The notes under the pieces are model-generated. The model ran no database searches, was not told the origin of the DNA, and saw only the letters and a program-made list of their open reading frames with translations. A program made the translations under genes and the position numbers. From an uncultured delta proteobacterium (GTDB lineage Bacteria; Desulfobacterota; Desulfuromonadia; Geobacterales; DSM-12255), in assembly GCA_963787125.1 (NCBI GenBank), contig CAWBBV010000006.1, positions 128,001 to 192,000 of the forward strand: DNA of 64,000 bases, read 5' to 3'. Below, piece after piece: positions 11,221 through 22,614 of this stretch. The first letter of the stretch is position 1, and every line of letters begins with the position of its first letter.

Positions 11221-12306
11221 ATGACTTTCGAAAGTTTTAAACATTACATCCCGGATCATGTAAAAACCCTTCTCGGCTCAGAGAGCAAAGTCTGCATTAT
11301 AAATGGCAGCTGCGCATTCCGCAGCACCGCAGCAATGCCTTTCATAATTATGGCCTGCAACCCGAGGATAAAGCATGTCATCCCCGGGATAATGCGTGCA
11401 GCTGAAGAGTTGAATGCTTTGGTTGCCTTTGAGCTCTCAGCTACCGAAGGAGGGCTCGACGGCGGCTACACCGGTCAAACGCCGCAGCAGTTTGTTGAGA
11501 CCGTCATTGACTACGCTGAAAGAACCAGGTTTTCCAAACCTTTCATCATTCATGCTGATCATATAACAGTCAAAAACACCACAGCAAATGAACTGAAAAC
11601 CGCAGAACTACTGATTGAAGCACAGCTCAATGCCGGTTTTACTTCGTTCGCAGTTGACGCATCTTACAACTCGATACAGGAAAATATCTGCATCGCTGCA
11701 AAACTGCTGCAAAAGCTTCAAGATATGGGAGCAGGTCTGGAGGTTGAGCTTGGAGAGGTCACTCCGGTAGGACGTGAATCCAATCTTACCACCATTGAAG
11801 ATGCTGAAGAGTTCCTTGGCGGCTTGGCAGCAAAAGGGATCACTCCACACCTTTTGGCGATAGATAACGGCAGTAAAAGCGGCAACTATCTGGATGGCCA
11901 ACTGGTAAATATTGACCTGCAAAGAACCGGCGAGATTTTTGAAACGGCGAGAAGGTTCGGCGTCTCTGGCCTGGTGCAGCACGGGATAACCGGGACACCG
12001 CTGAGGATAGTCGGAAAACTTGCCGAGTACGGTGTCAGAAAAGGGAATATCGGCACTCTCTGGCAAAATGTCGCTCATGCCGGTCTACCGCCTGACCTTG
12101 TTGATGAAATGCGGGATTGGGCAAGGGAAAAGAAGCGGGATATAAAATACGCTACTGCCGTTTTTAGCGACAAGATAAACTCTATTCCGGCTGAAGATTT
12201 GAAACTGATCGCTGATCTGGCCTACAGGGAAGCAAAAGAGTTTATCACTGCTTTTCATGCCAAGGGGAGCGTTTCTAAACTGGCTGAAACGTTGCAACGC
12301 ATTTGA
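11221..12306 (+). CDS. Class II fructose-bisphosphate aldolase-family protein
   Basis: HADH, GFTSFAVDAS, EVELGEV, QHGITG, KGNIGT motifs. Confidence 0.8.
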   Translation: MTFESFKHYIPDHVKTLLGSESKVCIINGSCAFRSTAAMPFIIMACNPRIKHVIPGIMRAAEELNALVAFELSATEGGLDGGYTGQTPQQFVETVIDYAERTRFSKPFIIHADHITVKNTTANELKTAELLIEAQLNAGFTSFAVDASYNSIQENICIAAKLLQKLQDMGAGLEVELGEVTPVGRESNLTTIEDAEEFLGGLAAKGITPHLLAIDNGSKSGNYLDGQLVNIDLQRTGEIFETARRFGVSGLVQHGITGTPLRIVGKLAEYGVRKGNIGTLWQNVAHAGLPPDLVDEMRDWAREKKRDIKYATAVFSDKINSIPAEDLKLIADLAYREAKEFITAFHAKGSVSKLAETLQRI

Positions 12307-12860
12307 GAGTAATATCCGGCTCTGCCCGCGGGAGAGTCCTGTTTCCTCCAGCAGGAAGCAGGATCAGACCGACCGCCGACAGGGTAAAAGAGGCTGTTTT
12401 CAGCGCCCTGGCAAGCAGGTTTGGGTCGTTTGAAGGCCTTGGCCTGCTTGATCTGTTCGCAGGCTCCGGTAGCCTGGGGATCGAGGCGCTCAGCAGAGGG
12501 GCAAAGAATGTGGTCTTTGTTGATTCACATCCTGAATCGATCAAACTGACCAGAAAGAACCTGGAGTCAACCGGGTTTGACAAAACAGCAACCGTTTTGC
12601 TGATGGAAGCTGCCCTGGCGATTCAGACTCTTTCCTTAAAAGGATCACTTTTTGACATAATTATTGTCGATCCGCCTTATGCAGAGAAAGAGTTAACCGC
12701 GGGAGTATTAAAACTGCTTGCCGACTCAAATCTGACCGCCCCGAACGGGGTTCTTGTTTTTGAGACTGACAACAAAAGTCAACTTATGACGCCTGAAAAA
12801 CTGCAGCTTTCCAGTAGAAAAGTCTATGGTGACACAGCAATCTGGACGTTCGAACAATAA
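12303..12860 (+). CDS. rsmD: 16S rRNA m2G966 methyltransferase RsmD
   Basis: RVISGSARG, RPTADRVKEA, LDLFAGSGSLGIEALSRGA, DPPY; precedes coaD. Confidence 0.93.
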   Translation: MRVISGSARGRVLFPPAGSRIRPTADRVKEAVFSALASRFGSFEGLGLLDLFAGSGSLGIEALSRGAKNVVFVDSHPESIKLTRKNLESTGFDKTATVLLMEAALAIQTLSLKGSLFDIIIVDPPYAEKELTAGVLKLLADSNLTAPNGVLVFETDNKSQLMTPEKLQLSSRKVYGDTAIWTFEQ

Positions 12861-12894
12861 TTTACCAGTCACACATTTATTCAAAGGCCTAGAG

Positions 12895-13377
12895 ATGCCC
12901 AGAAAAACAGCGGTTTACCCAGGATCATTTGACCCGATAACTTACGGACACCTCGATATTATCAACCGTGCCTTGAAGATTTTTGACACTATTGTTGTCG
13001 CCGTTGCCTGTAATAACTCTAAAAATGCGCTCTTCCAGGTAGATGAGCGAATCTCACTCATCCGCGAAGTACTCGCAGGCGATGACCGTGTCAAAGTTGA
13101 CACTTTCGACGGCCTTCTGGTAGATTATGTGCTTACGCAAAACGCTACCGTTATTATCAGAGGCCTCCGGGCAGTTTCAGATTTCGAATACGAATTTCAG
13201 CTGGCTCAGATAAATCGTGGCATAACGCTGGAAGTTGAAACTCTCTTCATGATGACCTCGGTACCCTACAGTTACCTGTCATCATCTGTAGTCAAAGAGA
13301 TCAGTTCGCTTAGAGGACCGGTAGACAACCTCGTGCCACCGGTTGTCAGAAAAGCTCTTGAAGCAAAGTTTTCGTAG
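12895..13377 (+). CDS. coaD: Phosphopantetheine adenylyltransferase
   Basis: YPGSFDPITYGHLDII, RGLRAVSDFEYE, SSSVVKE. Confidence 0.97.
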   Translation: MPRKTAVYPGSFDPITYGHLDIINRALKIFDTIVVAVACNNSKNALFQVDERISLIREVLAGDDRVKVDTFDGLLVDYVLTQNATVIIRGLRAVSDFEYEFQLAQINRGITLEVETLFMMTSVPYSYLSSSVVKEISSLRGPVDNLVPPVVRKALEAKFS

Positions 13378-13409
13378 TATCAGAAGTATAAACCCTCAAG
13401 GAGAAACTA

Positions 13410-14714
13410 ATGAATCCATTGGCTGTTGAACTTAATGACCTGCTTACCCAACACAACCCGTACGTCCTGGAAATGTTGTCGGATTTAGGCAAAAATCTCT
13501 TTTTCCCCAAAGGAATCCTTACTCAATCAGCAGAAGCCAAAGAAAAAGCGTACAAATTCAATGCGACCATCGGCATCGCCACCGAAAAAGGTGGTCCGAT
13601 GTACCTTCAGTGCATCCAGGACAAACTTTCCGGCTTCGATCCAAAAGATATCTTCCCTTACGCACCTCCAGCCGGGAAACCGGAACTTCGATCCCTCTGG
13701 AGAGAGAAAATGCTGCGGGAGAACCCAAGTCAGCAAGGTAAGCATTTCAGCAACCCGATCGTCACCAATGCCCTGACCCACGGACTCTCCATCGTTGCCG
13801 ACATGTTCATCAACAAAGGCGACCACCTTATTCTTCCCGATATGCTCTGGGGGAATTACAATCTGACTTTCGGCACTTGTAGCGGCGCCATTGTCAAGAA
13901 ACATCCGACTTTCACCGTCAACGGCGGCTACGATGTTGACGCTTTTAAAGCTGAATTGCAGAACACCGCTGAAGAAAAGGGAAAAGCCGTGGTACTGCTT
14001 AACTTTCCCAACAATCCAAGCGGCTACACGCCAACAGTTGCCGAAGGAGATGCACTCGTAGCTGCAATTCTGGAAGTGGCTGAAGCAGGTTGCAATATTG
14101 TTGCTATAACTGACGACGCCTATTTCGGTCTCTTCTATGAAGACAGTCTTAAAGAGTCATTGTTTGGCAAGCTCGCCAACATTCACCCGCGCATTCTGGC
14201 GATCAAACTGGACGGTGCCACCAAGGAAGAGTTCGTCTGGGGCTTCCGTACCGGTTTCATCACCTTTGCCGACGGCAACAGCTACGAAAACACTCCGGTT
14301 ATAACCGCTCTTGAAAAGAAGACAATGGGTATCATCCGTGCCCGCATCTCCAACTGCCCGCACCCTTCTCAGACTTTTGCAGTTGAAGCTCTCCGTTCAC
14401 CAAAATTCCTCGAACAGAAAGAGGAGAAGTTTCAGATTCTCAAGGGCCGTGCCATTAGGGCAAAGGTCGTTCTTGACAGCGGCAAGTACGACGAAGCCTG
14501 GAGCTATTATCCGTTCAACTCCGGCTATTTCATGTGCCTTAAACTCAAAAAAGTTGATGCCGAAAAATTGCGTCTGCACCTGCTCGATAAATATGGTGTT
14601 GGTGCTATCTCCATCGGCAAGACTGATCTGCGGATAGCCTTCTCCTGTATTGAGGAACCGAACATTTCAGAACTCTACGACATAATTTTCCAGGCTGTTC
14701 AGGATCTGACTTGA
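13410..14714 (+). CDS. Class I/II PLP-dependent aminotransferase
   Basis: LNFPNNPSGY, DDAYFG, GATKEEFVWGFRTG. Confidence 0.9.
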   Translation: MNPLAVELNDLLTQHNPYVLEMLSDLGKNLFFPKGILTQSAEAKEKAYKFNATIGIATEKGGPMYLQCIQDKLSGFDPKDIFPYAPPAGKPELRSLWREKMLRENPSQQGKHFSNPIVTNALTHGLSIVADMFINKGDHLILPDMLWGNYNLTFGTCSGAIVKKHPTFTVNGGYDVDAFKAELQNTAEEKGKAVVLLNFPNNPSGYTPTVAEGDALVAAILEVAEAGCNIVAITDDAYFGLFYEDSLKESLFGKLANIHPRILAIKLDGATKEEFVWGFRTGFITFADGNSYENTPVITALEKKTMGIIRARISNCPHPSQTFAVEALRSPKFLEQKEEKFQILKGRAIRAKVVLDSGKYDEAWSYYPFNSGYFMCLKLKKVDAEKLRLHLLDKYGVGAISIGKTDLRIAFSCIEEPNISELYDIIFQAVQDLT

Positions 14715-14786
14715 TAAATCGGGGAATGTACCGGATCGGGACAGAAACAGCAAGCTGACGGAAGCATCTAGAATATTATTATTTTC

Positions 14787-14816
14787 AAGGCGGGTGGCCA
14801 ACACCTGCCTTTTTTT
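14787..14816 (+). terminator. Intrinsic terminator after the aminotransferase
   Basis: AAGGCGGGTG-loop-CACCTGCCTT followed by a T run. Confidence 0.8.
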
Positions 14817-14900
14817 GCTCCCTGCCCTTCCTGAGGCAAAAGCTTCAACGCAGGCATGCTGGTAGCGCGGGTGAATTAAGCCGTACTTGACCTTGCGGCG

Positions 14901-15122
14901 CTACGCCATCATTGCCGTTGATTGACGAGACACGATCAGTGCCTTGTCTGCCCGGTTCAGACTCTTGATCTGCGCCTCTCTCTTGGCGGCGCTGCTACGG
15001 TTGTGGCCGCTCTCAAGATAGACCACCTTGAGCGGCTGCCGACCGCGGAAATACCTTGCTCCCCTCCCTGCTGCATGCTGGCGAAAGCGGCGGTCAATAT
15101 CTGTGGTTATCCCGGTATAGAG
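14901..15122 (-). pseudogene. 5'-truncated GIY-YIG nuclease (YhbQ/UPF0213 family)
   Basis: Manual translation LYTGITTDIDRRFRQHAAGRGARYFRGRQPLKVVYLESGHNRSSAAKREAQIKSLNRADK...*; the N-terminal VYIL strand and a start codon are absent. Confidence 0.8.
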
Positions 15123-15554
15123 GTGAGAAAGAGAGATTCATTGTGGGAGTTTGAAGGTGATGTAACGCATTTGAGGCTTCTCGAACTGTTCAAGTATCGG
15201 AGCAGAATTGTTGAAGACGGTTATGTTGGATTATCCAATTTCCCCGGGGCTCGAGGGTTCATTAATCCTATGATCAAAGTTTACTTTAACCTCAATAAAA
15301 TTACCACAGAACAGGTTCTGCATGTGGGAATGACCTCTGACCCGGAGAAGTTAACAAGAGCAGAGAAAAGCTCGTTTTTTGTACTGGACGACGATTTGCG
15401 ATTACATGATCTTAGCGACCAGGTCAAAAACCTGCTTTTGCTCTGCAGACAGGCAAATCTTAATCCGTCGATGCCGGAATATATCAAGGAAATCAATAAG
15501 ATTACGATACAGACAAATCTAAAAATTGATGAGATTACCCATAAGGTCCAATAA
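15123..15554 (+). pseudogene. Probable 3' remnant of an AT-rich hypothetical gene
   Basis: Open frame to the TAA at 15554, visibly more AT-rich; the first third of the listed ORF is the antisense of the GIY-YIG gene. Confidence 0.45.
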
Positions 15555-15693
15555 AAATACTGCCGAATTTATCAACCCCGAAAATTCATCGGCACAATCC
15601 GGGTACCAGGCCCCTTCTCACCCCTCGCCAGCCGGAATTCTCGCCGGTTAGCGAGTATGGATTGCCCCAGAGCCTCTTCCCATATCCCGCTTT

Positions 15694-16098
15694 TCAGTGA
15701 TCCCGATACCCCAGCACCACCAGTATGCAGCTTCCATCGGCAATTACATTTACACCACTGTCAATGCACTGCTTAACGGCGGCAGCACTCTCTGCTCCCG
15801 GCTGCATCCAGATATTGCTAATACCTTTTGCTATCGCCTCAGCAACCACTTTCTCTGTCACATGCGGCGGTGTAATTACCGAGATACTCTTGACGTCATC
15901 CGGCAACTCAGAAACTGTAGCAACCGTTGCCAACCCTTCAATGATTTTTTCTTTCGGGTTTACCGGTACGACCTCAAGACCGTTCATCTGATAGCATCTT
16001 AAAACTTTGTTGCCGTATTTACTTCTGTCAGCAGAAGCACCAACAACAGCAAACCTCTTCTCTGCAAGGAATAAATCCAACCGCTCATCTCCGCTCAT
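15694..16098 (-). CDS. CoA-binding protein (YccU-like)
   Basis: AVVGAS....KYG, PVNP, IWMQPGAES. Confidence 0.9.
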   Translation of the reverse strand: MSGDERLDLFLAEKRFAVVGASADRSKYGNKVLRCYQMNGLEVVPVNPKEKIIEGLATVATVSELPDDVKSISVITPPHVTEKVVAEAIAKGISNIWMQPGAESAAAVKQCIDSGVNVIADGSCILVVLGYRDH

Positions 16099-16211
16099 TT
16101 AATTCCCCCTAAATATTTTAATGAACAACCTAACTGACTGATAAACTGAAGTATTAAATAAATTTATTTTGATTTGTCCAGCTGAAACACTTATTGTAGA
16201 TTCATATCTTA

Positions 16212-16544
16212 ATGAGAGAGTGGGAAATGGCCAGATTCGTAATAAGAAAGCTTGATCGCTTCATCAACTTCCTAACCATAGCCGTTATGATCAGTGGTGG
16301 ACTGTTTATTCACATTTTGACTGCCCTGACAATAAAGAGCTACTACGGCTCACCCTGGGGGTATGTCTCTTTTTTCCTGCCCGGTATTGCCGAATTTTAC
16401 CTGGTTGCGCTCCAGTTAAGTGAGAGTATGTATAACTACATGATTCTCCTTGCCGGCTTTATCTCTGTAGTAACTGCTCTGTGTGTAATCCGGCACATCA
16501 AGAATATTTGCAAATCCAGAATGGAAACTGCTGTAGAGTTTTAA
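16212..16544 (+). CDS. Hypothetical membrane protein
   Basis: 110 aa ORF with about three hydrophobic segments filling the intergenic space. Confidence 0.6.
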   Translation: MREWEMARFVIRKLDRFINFLTIAVMISGGLFIHILTALTIKSYYGSPWGYVSFFLPGIAEFYLVALQLSESMYNYMILLAGFISVVTALCVIRHIKNICKSRMETAVEF

Positions 16545-16569
16545 TTTTGACTTTCCGCTTTTCAAACTC

Positions 16570-18189
16570 CTAACGTTCTTCCAACTGCTCCTTCTGCGGT
16601 ACATACCATTTGACGAAATTATGGCCTATCCCCGCCGGAGCAGGCTCAATGCCTCTGAATCTGGCGCTTATTACCGGCAGTGCAGCCGGTACATAAAGAA
16701 ATGTGTATGGCTGTTCATCAGCAATAATCTCCTGCATTCTGAAATAGCATTTCTTGCGTTTATCCTTGTCAAAAGTCCCTCGCCCCTCTTCCAGTAACCG
16801 GTCAACCTCCGCATTTTTATAACCGATGAAGTTCAGCTCTTTGGCGCCGGTCTTTGACGAATGCCAGATGTCGTACTGATCAGGATCCTGAGAAATACTC
16901 CACCCCATCAAAACCACGTCAAAGTTCCGTGTATCAATATAGTTAGTCAGGAGTGATGCCCACTCAAGAACCCTGATATTTACATCAATACCGATCTTTT
17001 TAAGCCGGTACTGAACTATCTGGGCGGTCTTGATGCGTTGCTCGTTCCCCTGATTGGTGAGGATGGTAAACCTGAAGGGCTTGCCTTCTTTTGAGAGCAG
17101 CCCATCTTCACCTTTGAACCAACCGGCTGAAGCAAGAAGTTTTTCTGCTCGCGCCGGATCATAAGGAAAAGGCTTCAAATCGGGGCTGTTAGCCCATGTC
17201 CCGGGCTGAAACGGTGTATGTCCAGCCAGCCCAAGCCCGAACAGTACCCCCTGAACCAACTCTTCCTTATTGATAGCGCAGGTAATGGCCTGCCTGACTC
17301 TCTTGTCGGTAAAGAGCGGGTTTTTGAGATTGTAGCCGAGATACGTATAAGACGGGACAGGATAGGTGAATTTGTTAAAACGCTCAAGAAAGTCGCGGGA
17401 ATTTGTCTGCCTTTGATACTGGACAGGAGTCAGACTCATCATGTCGAGACCGCCGGCCTTCAGCTCCATGTACATGGTAGATGTATCCGGGATTATTCTG
17501 AAGATCCGCCGCTCTATGTATGGTCGCCCCTCAAAATAGTTATGATTGGCTTCGAGAACAACACGCTGCCCCGCAGTCCACTCACCGAACTTATAGGGAC
17601 CTGTTCCGACTGGATTTCTGGCAAGGTCACTCTTGGTGATATCTTTGCCTTCAAGGAGATGTGCAGGCAGGATGTTTAGCCCCCAGGAAGCAAGTGCCGG
17701 CGCAAAGGGTTTGGCATAGACAACTCTGAAAGTGTAGCGATCAAGCTCCTCGGCTTTTTTAACCTGGAGGAAATCCTCTGCATAGGCGGTAGGGGTTTTG
17801 GGGTTGATAATGGTTTTGTAGGTATAAAGAACGTCATGAGCCGTGAATTCATGGCCATCATGCCACTTGACACCTTTCCTCAGGAAAAAGGTGATGGTCA
17901 AGCCATCGCGCGAGACTTCCCAGCGCTCGGCAAGATCGCCGATCAGATTAAGGTTTTTATCGTACTTGAGTAAACCGTTATATATGAGTGAAGCGACTGA
18001 GTGTGAGGCGGAATCGGAAGCCAGTATCGGGATAAGGGTTGAAGGTTCGCCAATAGAGCCTTCAACCAGAGAGTCACCATAGGCAGGGGTGCCCGGCTCC
18101 CTGGGAACAGCTTTGAAGGATTCGTCGCTGACTGTACAGGAAATCAGCAAGAGCAGCAGCAAGGGTAAGAGGGCAAAAAGCCGACTCAT
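16570..18189 (-). CDS. ABC transporter peptide-binding lipoprotein (SBP family 5)
   Basis: Lipobox LISC, LRKGVKWHDG, PVGTGPYKF, VRQAI..AIN. Confidence 0.92.
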   Translation of the reverse strand: MSRLFALLPLLLLLLISCTVSDESFKAVPREPGTPAYGDSLVEGSIGEPSTLIPILASDSASHSVASLIYNGLLKYDKNLNLIGDLAERWEVSRDGLTITFFLRKGVKWHDGHEFTAHDVLYTYKTIINPKTPTAYAEDFLQVKKAEELDRYTFRVVYAKPFAPALASWGLNILPAHLLEGKDITKSDLARNPVGTGPYKFGEWTAGQRVVLEANHNYFEGRPYIERRIFRIIPDTSTMYMELKAGGLDMMSLTPVQYQRQTNSRDFLERFNKFTYPVPSYTYLGYNLKNPLFTDKRVRQAITCAINKEELVQGVLFGLGLAGHTPFQPGTWANSPDLKPFPYDPARAEKLLASAGWFKGEDGLLSKEGKPFRFTILTNQGNEQRIKTAQIVQYRLKKIGIDVNIRVLEWASLLTNYIDTRNFDVVLMGWSISQDPDQYDIWHSSKTGAKELNFIGYKNAEVDRLLEEGRGTFDKDKRKKCYFRMQEIIADEQPYTFLYVPAALPVISARFRGIEPAPAGIGHNFVKWYVPQKEQLEER

Positions 18190-19925
18190 TTTTCTCCACT
18201 CTCACCCTTGATTTTCTTGATTTTGTCGGCAATGTCCTTACGCTCAGGTTCTACAAGAAGAATCTGCTTGTAGACCTTGACTGCATTCTTATTGTCATGA
18301 ACCGCAAGATACGCATCGGCCAGATGACTTTTGATGGTCATATCGTCATCAACTATTTCAGCGGCTCGCTCAAGCTCTGAGACAGCATCTCTGTAGCGTT
18401 TCAGCTTGTAATACACCCAGCCAAGACTATCAAGAATGAAACCGTCATTGGGGCGAAGTGCTGTCGCCCGCTGAAGTAGCAACAGAGCTTCTTCAAGATT
18501 GGTTCCTGTCTCGGCATAAGTGTAGCCCAGATAATTAAGAGCCTGGGGGTCATCAGGAGTTATGCTGAGAGTTTTTCTCATCCGTTCAACAAGTTTATCC
18601 CTCTCGCCAAGCTTGTCGTGAAGTAGTCCGATTCTGAAATGAATTCTGGCGTCATTGGGGAATTCGCCTTCAACGGCAAGAAGAGTATCAAGAGCCTCTC
18701 TGTAGCGCTTCTGCCCCTCGTAGACTCCGGTAAGATGAAGATAAAGATCAAATTTGCTCTTGTCGGCGGCAATAGCGTCTTTAAGCAAAGCAATACCTTT
18801 GTCGCCGTTACCTGTTTCCAGATAAAGATAAGCCATATGCCCAAGTGCATCAGTGTAGTTAAAGGCGCTCGACGGGATCTTGGCAAACTCATCAATCGCC
18901 AGTTGCAGATCACCCTTATCTTCAAGTGCCGAGGCAAGATAAAATCTCACCTGACTCGCCTTTGGTTCCTGAGCAAGGATAAATTCGAACTCCCTGATGG
19001 CGTCAGCATACTGCTCCATTTCGAGATATACCAGACCGGCCTTGCGGCGGGTATCAAGCCCCCCGACACCTCTGGAAATAAGAGTTTTGAGTATCTTAAG
19101 AGCATCATCCAGGCGCTTTTCCTGAATATAAAGCTGCACAAGGTGCTGCATGACAGAAAAGTTGTGTGGATTTACCTGCAGTAGCGCTTCAAAAGAACGG
19201 ATCGCCTCACTTCTTTCCCCTTGTGCCTCAAGAGAGAGACCAATATCAAGATAGACGGGCTCAAAATCCGGCTTAAGCTCCAACACGCGCCGGTAGTAGA
19301 CCAGAGCCTCTTTGGGAAGCTTCATCTGTTCATAACTCTTGCCGAGGTAATAATATGCCAGAGGGGCGTCCGGAGTCTTCTCAAGGAGCGCCTTCAAGGT
19401 TTTAACAGCCTCTTCGTATTCAAAAATCCGCAGGTAGGTAATGGCAAGCTGCAGATAAGCCTCTTCCTTGTCAGGCAGAAGCTCGATCCCGCGTTTATAA
19501 TGTTCGATGGATCCTCTCTCCTGTTTAAGCCCGGAAAGTATATTGGCAAGAAGAAGCTCTGCTTCACCCAGTTTGGGATTAAGGGCAATAGCAGTACGGC
19601 AGGCGTTTATCGCTTCCGGTATCCGGTTTAGTTTCAGATAAAGATCGGCAACCGAGGCGTGCAGAAAGGCACTCTGGGGGTCAGCTTCAACAGAAGCCTG
19701 GAGGAGGGTGACAGCACCATCATAATCACCTTCAAGAGCGTGAAGCCTGGCTAGCGAGAAGAGGTACATCGAGCGGGACTCAATAATATTGAACACCGGC
19801 GGAGCATCGACAGGCCTCTCAAACGTATCCGGCATGACGTAACGCTCAGTCGCACAGCCGACCAGCAGAAAGAGGAGCAAACTCAAATTGAAAATTAATC
19901 TTGACATTAAATCCTGCCCTTTCAC
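18186..19925 (-). CDS. TPR-repeat lipoprotein
   Basis: LVGC lipobox, many TPR repeats, ALNYLGY...DSLGWVYY. Confidence 0.88.
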   Translation of the reverse strand: MKGQDLMSRLIFNLSLLLFLLVGCATERYVMPDTFERPVDAPPVFNIIESRSMYLFSLARLHALEGDYDGAVTLLQASVEADPQSAFLHASVADLYLKLNRIPEAINACRTAIALNPKLGEAELLLANILSGLKQERGSIEHYKRGIELLPDKEEAYLQLAITYLRIFEYEEAVKTLKALLEKTPDAPLAYYYLGKSYEQMKLPKEALVYYRRVLELKPDFEPVYLDIGLSLEAQGERSEAIRSFEALLQVNPHNFSVMQHLVQLYIQEKRLDDALKILKTLISRGVGGLDTRRKAGLVYLEMEQYADAIREFEFILAQEPKASQVRFYLASALEDKGDLQLAIDEFAKIPSSAFNYTDALGHMAYLYLETGNGDKGIALLKDAIAADKSKFDLYLHLTGVYEGQKRYREALDTLLAVEGEFPNDARIHFRIGLLHDKLGERDKLVERMRKTLSITPDDPQALNYLGYTYAETGTNLEEALLLLQRATALRPNDGFILDSLGWVYYKLKRYRDAVSELERAAEIVDDDMTIKSHLADAYLAVHDNKNAVKVYKQILLVEPERKDIADKIKKIKGESGEK

Positions 19926-20111
19926 GATAGCCTTGTAAGTTCTCAGAAATTAACACAAGTATGCAGAGTCGTCAAACGAGTTTGTTGCGATTATTGATAA
20001 CTACTGAATAAACATCCTATTGCTTTTGAGATGAAAATATCCTATTATTTCAAACTTCCTTAAAGACGGATTATGCCGTCAAAATAACTGGAAAAGGAGT
20101 AATACCGGAAA

Positions 20112-21698
20112 ATGCTCGGCATAATGAGGAAATATAAAGAGTCGATTGTAATCAAGATTGTATTTGTCGTAATTGTTCTCTCTTTCATCGGAACAATATT
20201 TCTGGTCTGGGGGAAAGGTGGCGACGGTGCTGGCGGTGCAACGGGCTACGCTGCCAAGGTTGACTCAACTAAAATCGGTCTGGATGATTTCCAGCAGTCC
20301 TACTATCGCCTCAGAGGCATCTATGAGCAGATTTATCAAAAGTCACTCCCGCCTGAAGTCGAAAAACAGCTCGGCATAAAGAAAATGGCACTGGACAATC
20401 TGATTGAATCGCTTCTAGTCCGCAAAGCTGCCAAGAAAATGGGGATATCCGTCAGCAAGGATGAAGTTACTGCAGCAATTGCAGCTGTACCTGCTTTCCA
20501 GAAAAACGGAGCTTTTGACTTTCAGCAGTACCAACAGACCCTTAAAGGAAACAGGATGACCCCTGGCGATTTTGAGGAATCACAAAAGAATGAATTGATG
20601 ATAAAGAAGGCTCGTAAAACCATTCAGGACAAGGCAACTGTATCAGATACAGATGCAGAGAGTTATTTCCATAAGAAAAACGACAAGATTGAACTGCAGT
20701 ACACAATTATTTCGCCTGAATCGGTTATTTCTGACGTCAAGCTTTCTGAACAGGATCTCACCGGCTACCTGCAAACTCACCAGGAGCAGTTCAAGACAGC
20801 AGAACAGATCAGCATCCAGTACATCCTCATAGATCCGTCAGCTCTTGCTACCAACGTGTCTGTTTCTGATGAAGAGATAAACAGTTACTATCAGAAAAAT
20901 ATTGACCGCTATCAGGGCAAAGGTGGCATCCTTCCTCTTGCCGAAGTTAAAGATAAGGTAAAGGTCGATGCCGTAAAACAAAAAGCCGGCAAAGAGGCTT
21001 ACGAAAAGGCTGCTGACACTATCAACAAAAACATAGCCGCTGCAAACCTTCAGGGGACCGCGTCGGCTCTCGGCGGAAAAATCGTGGAATCGCCGCTCTT
21101 TACAGCAAAAAACCCACCGGCAAATCTGGCCACCGAAACAGCTCTCCTCAAGAAAGCTTTTCTCCTCAAAGCAGGGGAGATGGCTGGCCCGATAGAGACG
21201 GCAAAAGGTATTTACGCAGTCAAACTGAAAGAGCGCAAAGCAGCTGAAGTACCCCCTCTTGCTCAGATCAAGACAGCTGTTGAAGCTGTTGCAAGGATGG
21301 ATAAGGCCAAGGAACTTGCTGCCAAGCGGGCTGAAGAGACTCTGGCCAACCTTGCCAAGAGTCCGACTGCCGTAAAGATGCTGGAGACCGGCAGTTTTTC
21401 CTTTAACGACCAGAACAATCTTCCTGGCATCGGCGTTTCCAGGGATCTGCTGGAAGCGGCTTTCACCCTCACCACTGCGGCACCACTACCTAAGACCGCC
21501 ACAAAAATTGACCAGAAATGGGTTATTGTTAGGCTCAAGAACAGGACTGCAGCAAGTAGTGATGCTTTCCAGAAGAGCAAAGAAGATATCAAAAAAGAGA
21601 TGCTCCCTAAAAAGCAGCAAGAAGCGCTTGATGCCTGGATCAAAGAGTTAAAGGCTGCTGCAAAGATTGAAATCAATAAACAACTTATCGCCGATTAA
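20112..21698 (+). CDS. SurA N-terminal/PpiD-like periplasmic chaperone
   Basis: N-terminal TM anchor, SurA_N-like [10 protein letters not shown] segment, degenerate rotamase region (AGPIETAKG). Confidence 0.85.
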   Translation: MLGIMRKYKESIVIKIVFVVIVLSFIGTIFLVWGKGGDGAGGATGYAAKVDSTKIGLDDFQQSYYRLRGIYEQIYQKSLPPEVEKQLGIKKMALDNLIESLLVRKAAKKMGISVSKDEVTAAIAAVPAFQKNGAFDFQQYQQTLKGNRMTPGDFEESQKNELMIKKARKTIQDKATVSDTDAESYFHKKNDKIELQYTIISPESVISDVKLSEQDLTGYLQTHQEQFKTAEQISIQYILIDPSALATNVSVSDEEINSYYQKNIDRYQGKGGILPLAEVKDKVKVDAVKQKAGKEAYEKAADTINKNIAAANLQGTASALGGKIVESPLFTAKNPPANLATETALLKKAFLLKAGEMAGPIETAKGIYAVKLKERKAAEVPPLAQIKTAVEAVARMDKAKELAAKRAEETLANLAKSPTAVKMLETGSFSFNDQNNLPGIGVSRDLLEAAFTLTTAAPLPKTATKIDQKWVIVRLKNRTAASSDAFQKSKEDIKKEMLPKKQQEALDAWIKELKAAAKIEINKQLIAD

Positions 21699-21714
21699 CC
21701 TGAAGGAGCGCTAC

Positions 21715-22605
21715 ATGTCAATACTTGTTCTAAATACCGAATTTAACGATCTCAAACTGGCAGCCCGCGGCAAGGTTCGAGATATCTATGACCTTGGCGA
21801 TACGCTTCTACTGGTTACTACTGACCGGATTTCAGCCTTCGACGTTATCATGAATGAAGGCATTCCTGACAAGGGGTATGTTCTCAATCAAATATCAAGC
21901 TTCTGGTTCAAAATGATGGAAGATATAATCCCTAATCACATTATCTCTACTGATGTTAATGACTATCCGGAAGTTTGCAAAAAATACTCTGCAGAGCTTG
22001 AAGGACGCTCGATGCTGGTTAAAAAAGCGAAACCCCTCGCTGCAGAGTGCATCGTCCGTGGCTATCTGTCAGGTTCCGGCTGGAAAGATTATTCAGCAAA
22101 CGGCTCGGTGTGCGGCATAAAGCTCCCTGCCGGCCTTGTCGAGTCAGACAAGCTCCCTGAACCGATCTTTACCCCCTCAACAAAAGCTGAACTGGGTACT
22201 CATGACGAAAACATCTCCTTTGATGAGATGGTGAAGCTCTGCGGTAAAGACCTTGCCGAACAGGTTCGTGATGTCACCATCAAGATTTATGGCAAGGCAA
22301 GGGATTACGCTGAAACAAAAGGGATTATCATTGCTGATACTAAATTTGAGTACGGCATTTTTGAGGGTAAGCTTATCATAATCGATGAATGTCTCACCCC
22401 TGACTCCAGCCGCTTCTGGCAGCAAGATCTTTATAAACCGGGCGGCGCCCAGCCAAGCTTCGACAAGCAGTTCCTCAGAGACTACCTTGAAACACTCGAC
22501 TGGGGGAAAACAGCTCCTGCCCCGCCGCTCCCTGACGAGATTGTCAGAAAGACCGGAGAGAAGTACATGGAAGCTCTGGTCAAGCTGACAGGCAAAGGCA
22601 GATAG
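21715..22605 (+). CDS. purC: SAICAR synthetase
   Basis: [43 protein letters not shown]. Confidence 0.97.
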   Translation: MSILVLNTEFNDLKLAARGKVRDIYDLGDTLLLVTTDRISAFDVIMNEGIPDKGYVLNQISSFWFKMMEDIIPNHIISTDVNDYPEVCKKYSAELEGRSMLVKKAKPLAAECIVRGYLSGSGWKDYSANGSVCGIKLPAGLVESDKLPEPIFTPSTKAELGTHDENISFDEMVKLCGKDLAEQVRDVTIKIYGKARDYAETKGIIIADTKFEYGIFEGKLIIIDECLTPDSSRFWQQDLYKPGGAQPSFDKQFLRDYLETLDWGKTAPAPPLPDEIVRKTGEKYMEALVKLTGKGR

Positions 22606-22614
22606 ATTAAACAG

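Noticed and set aside
14922..15554. 210-aa ORF as a single real gene
   Set aside because: Its first 67 or so codons are the antisense of the GIY-YIG gene.
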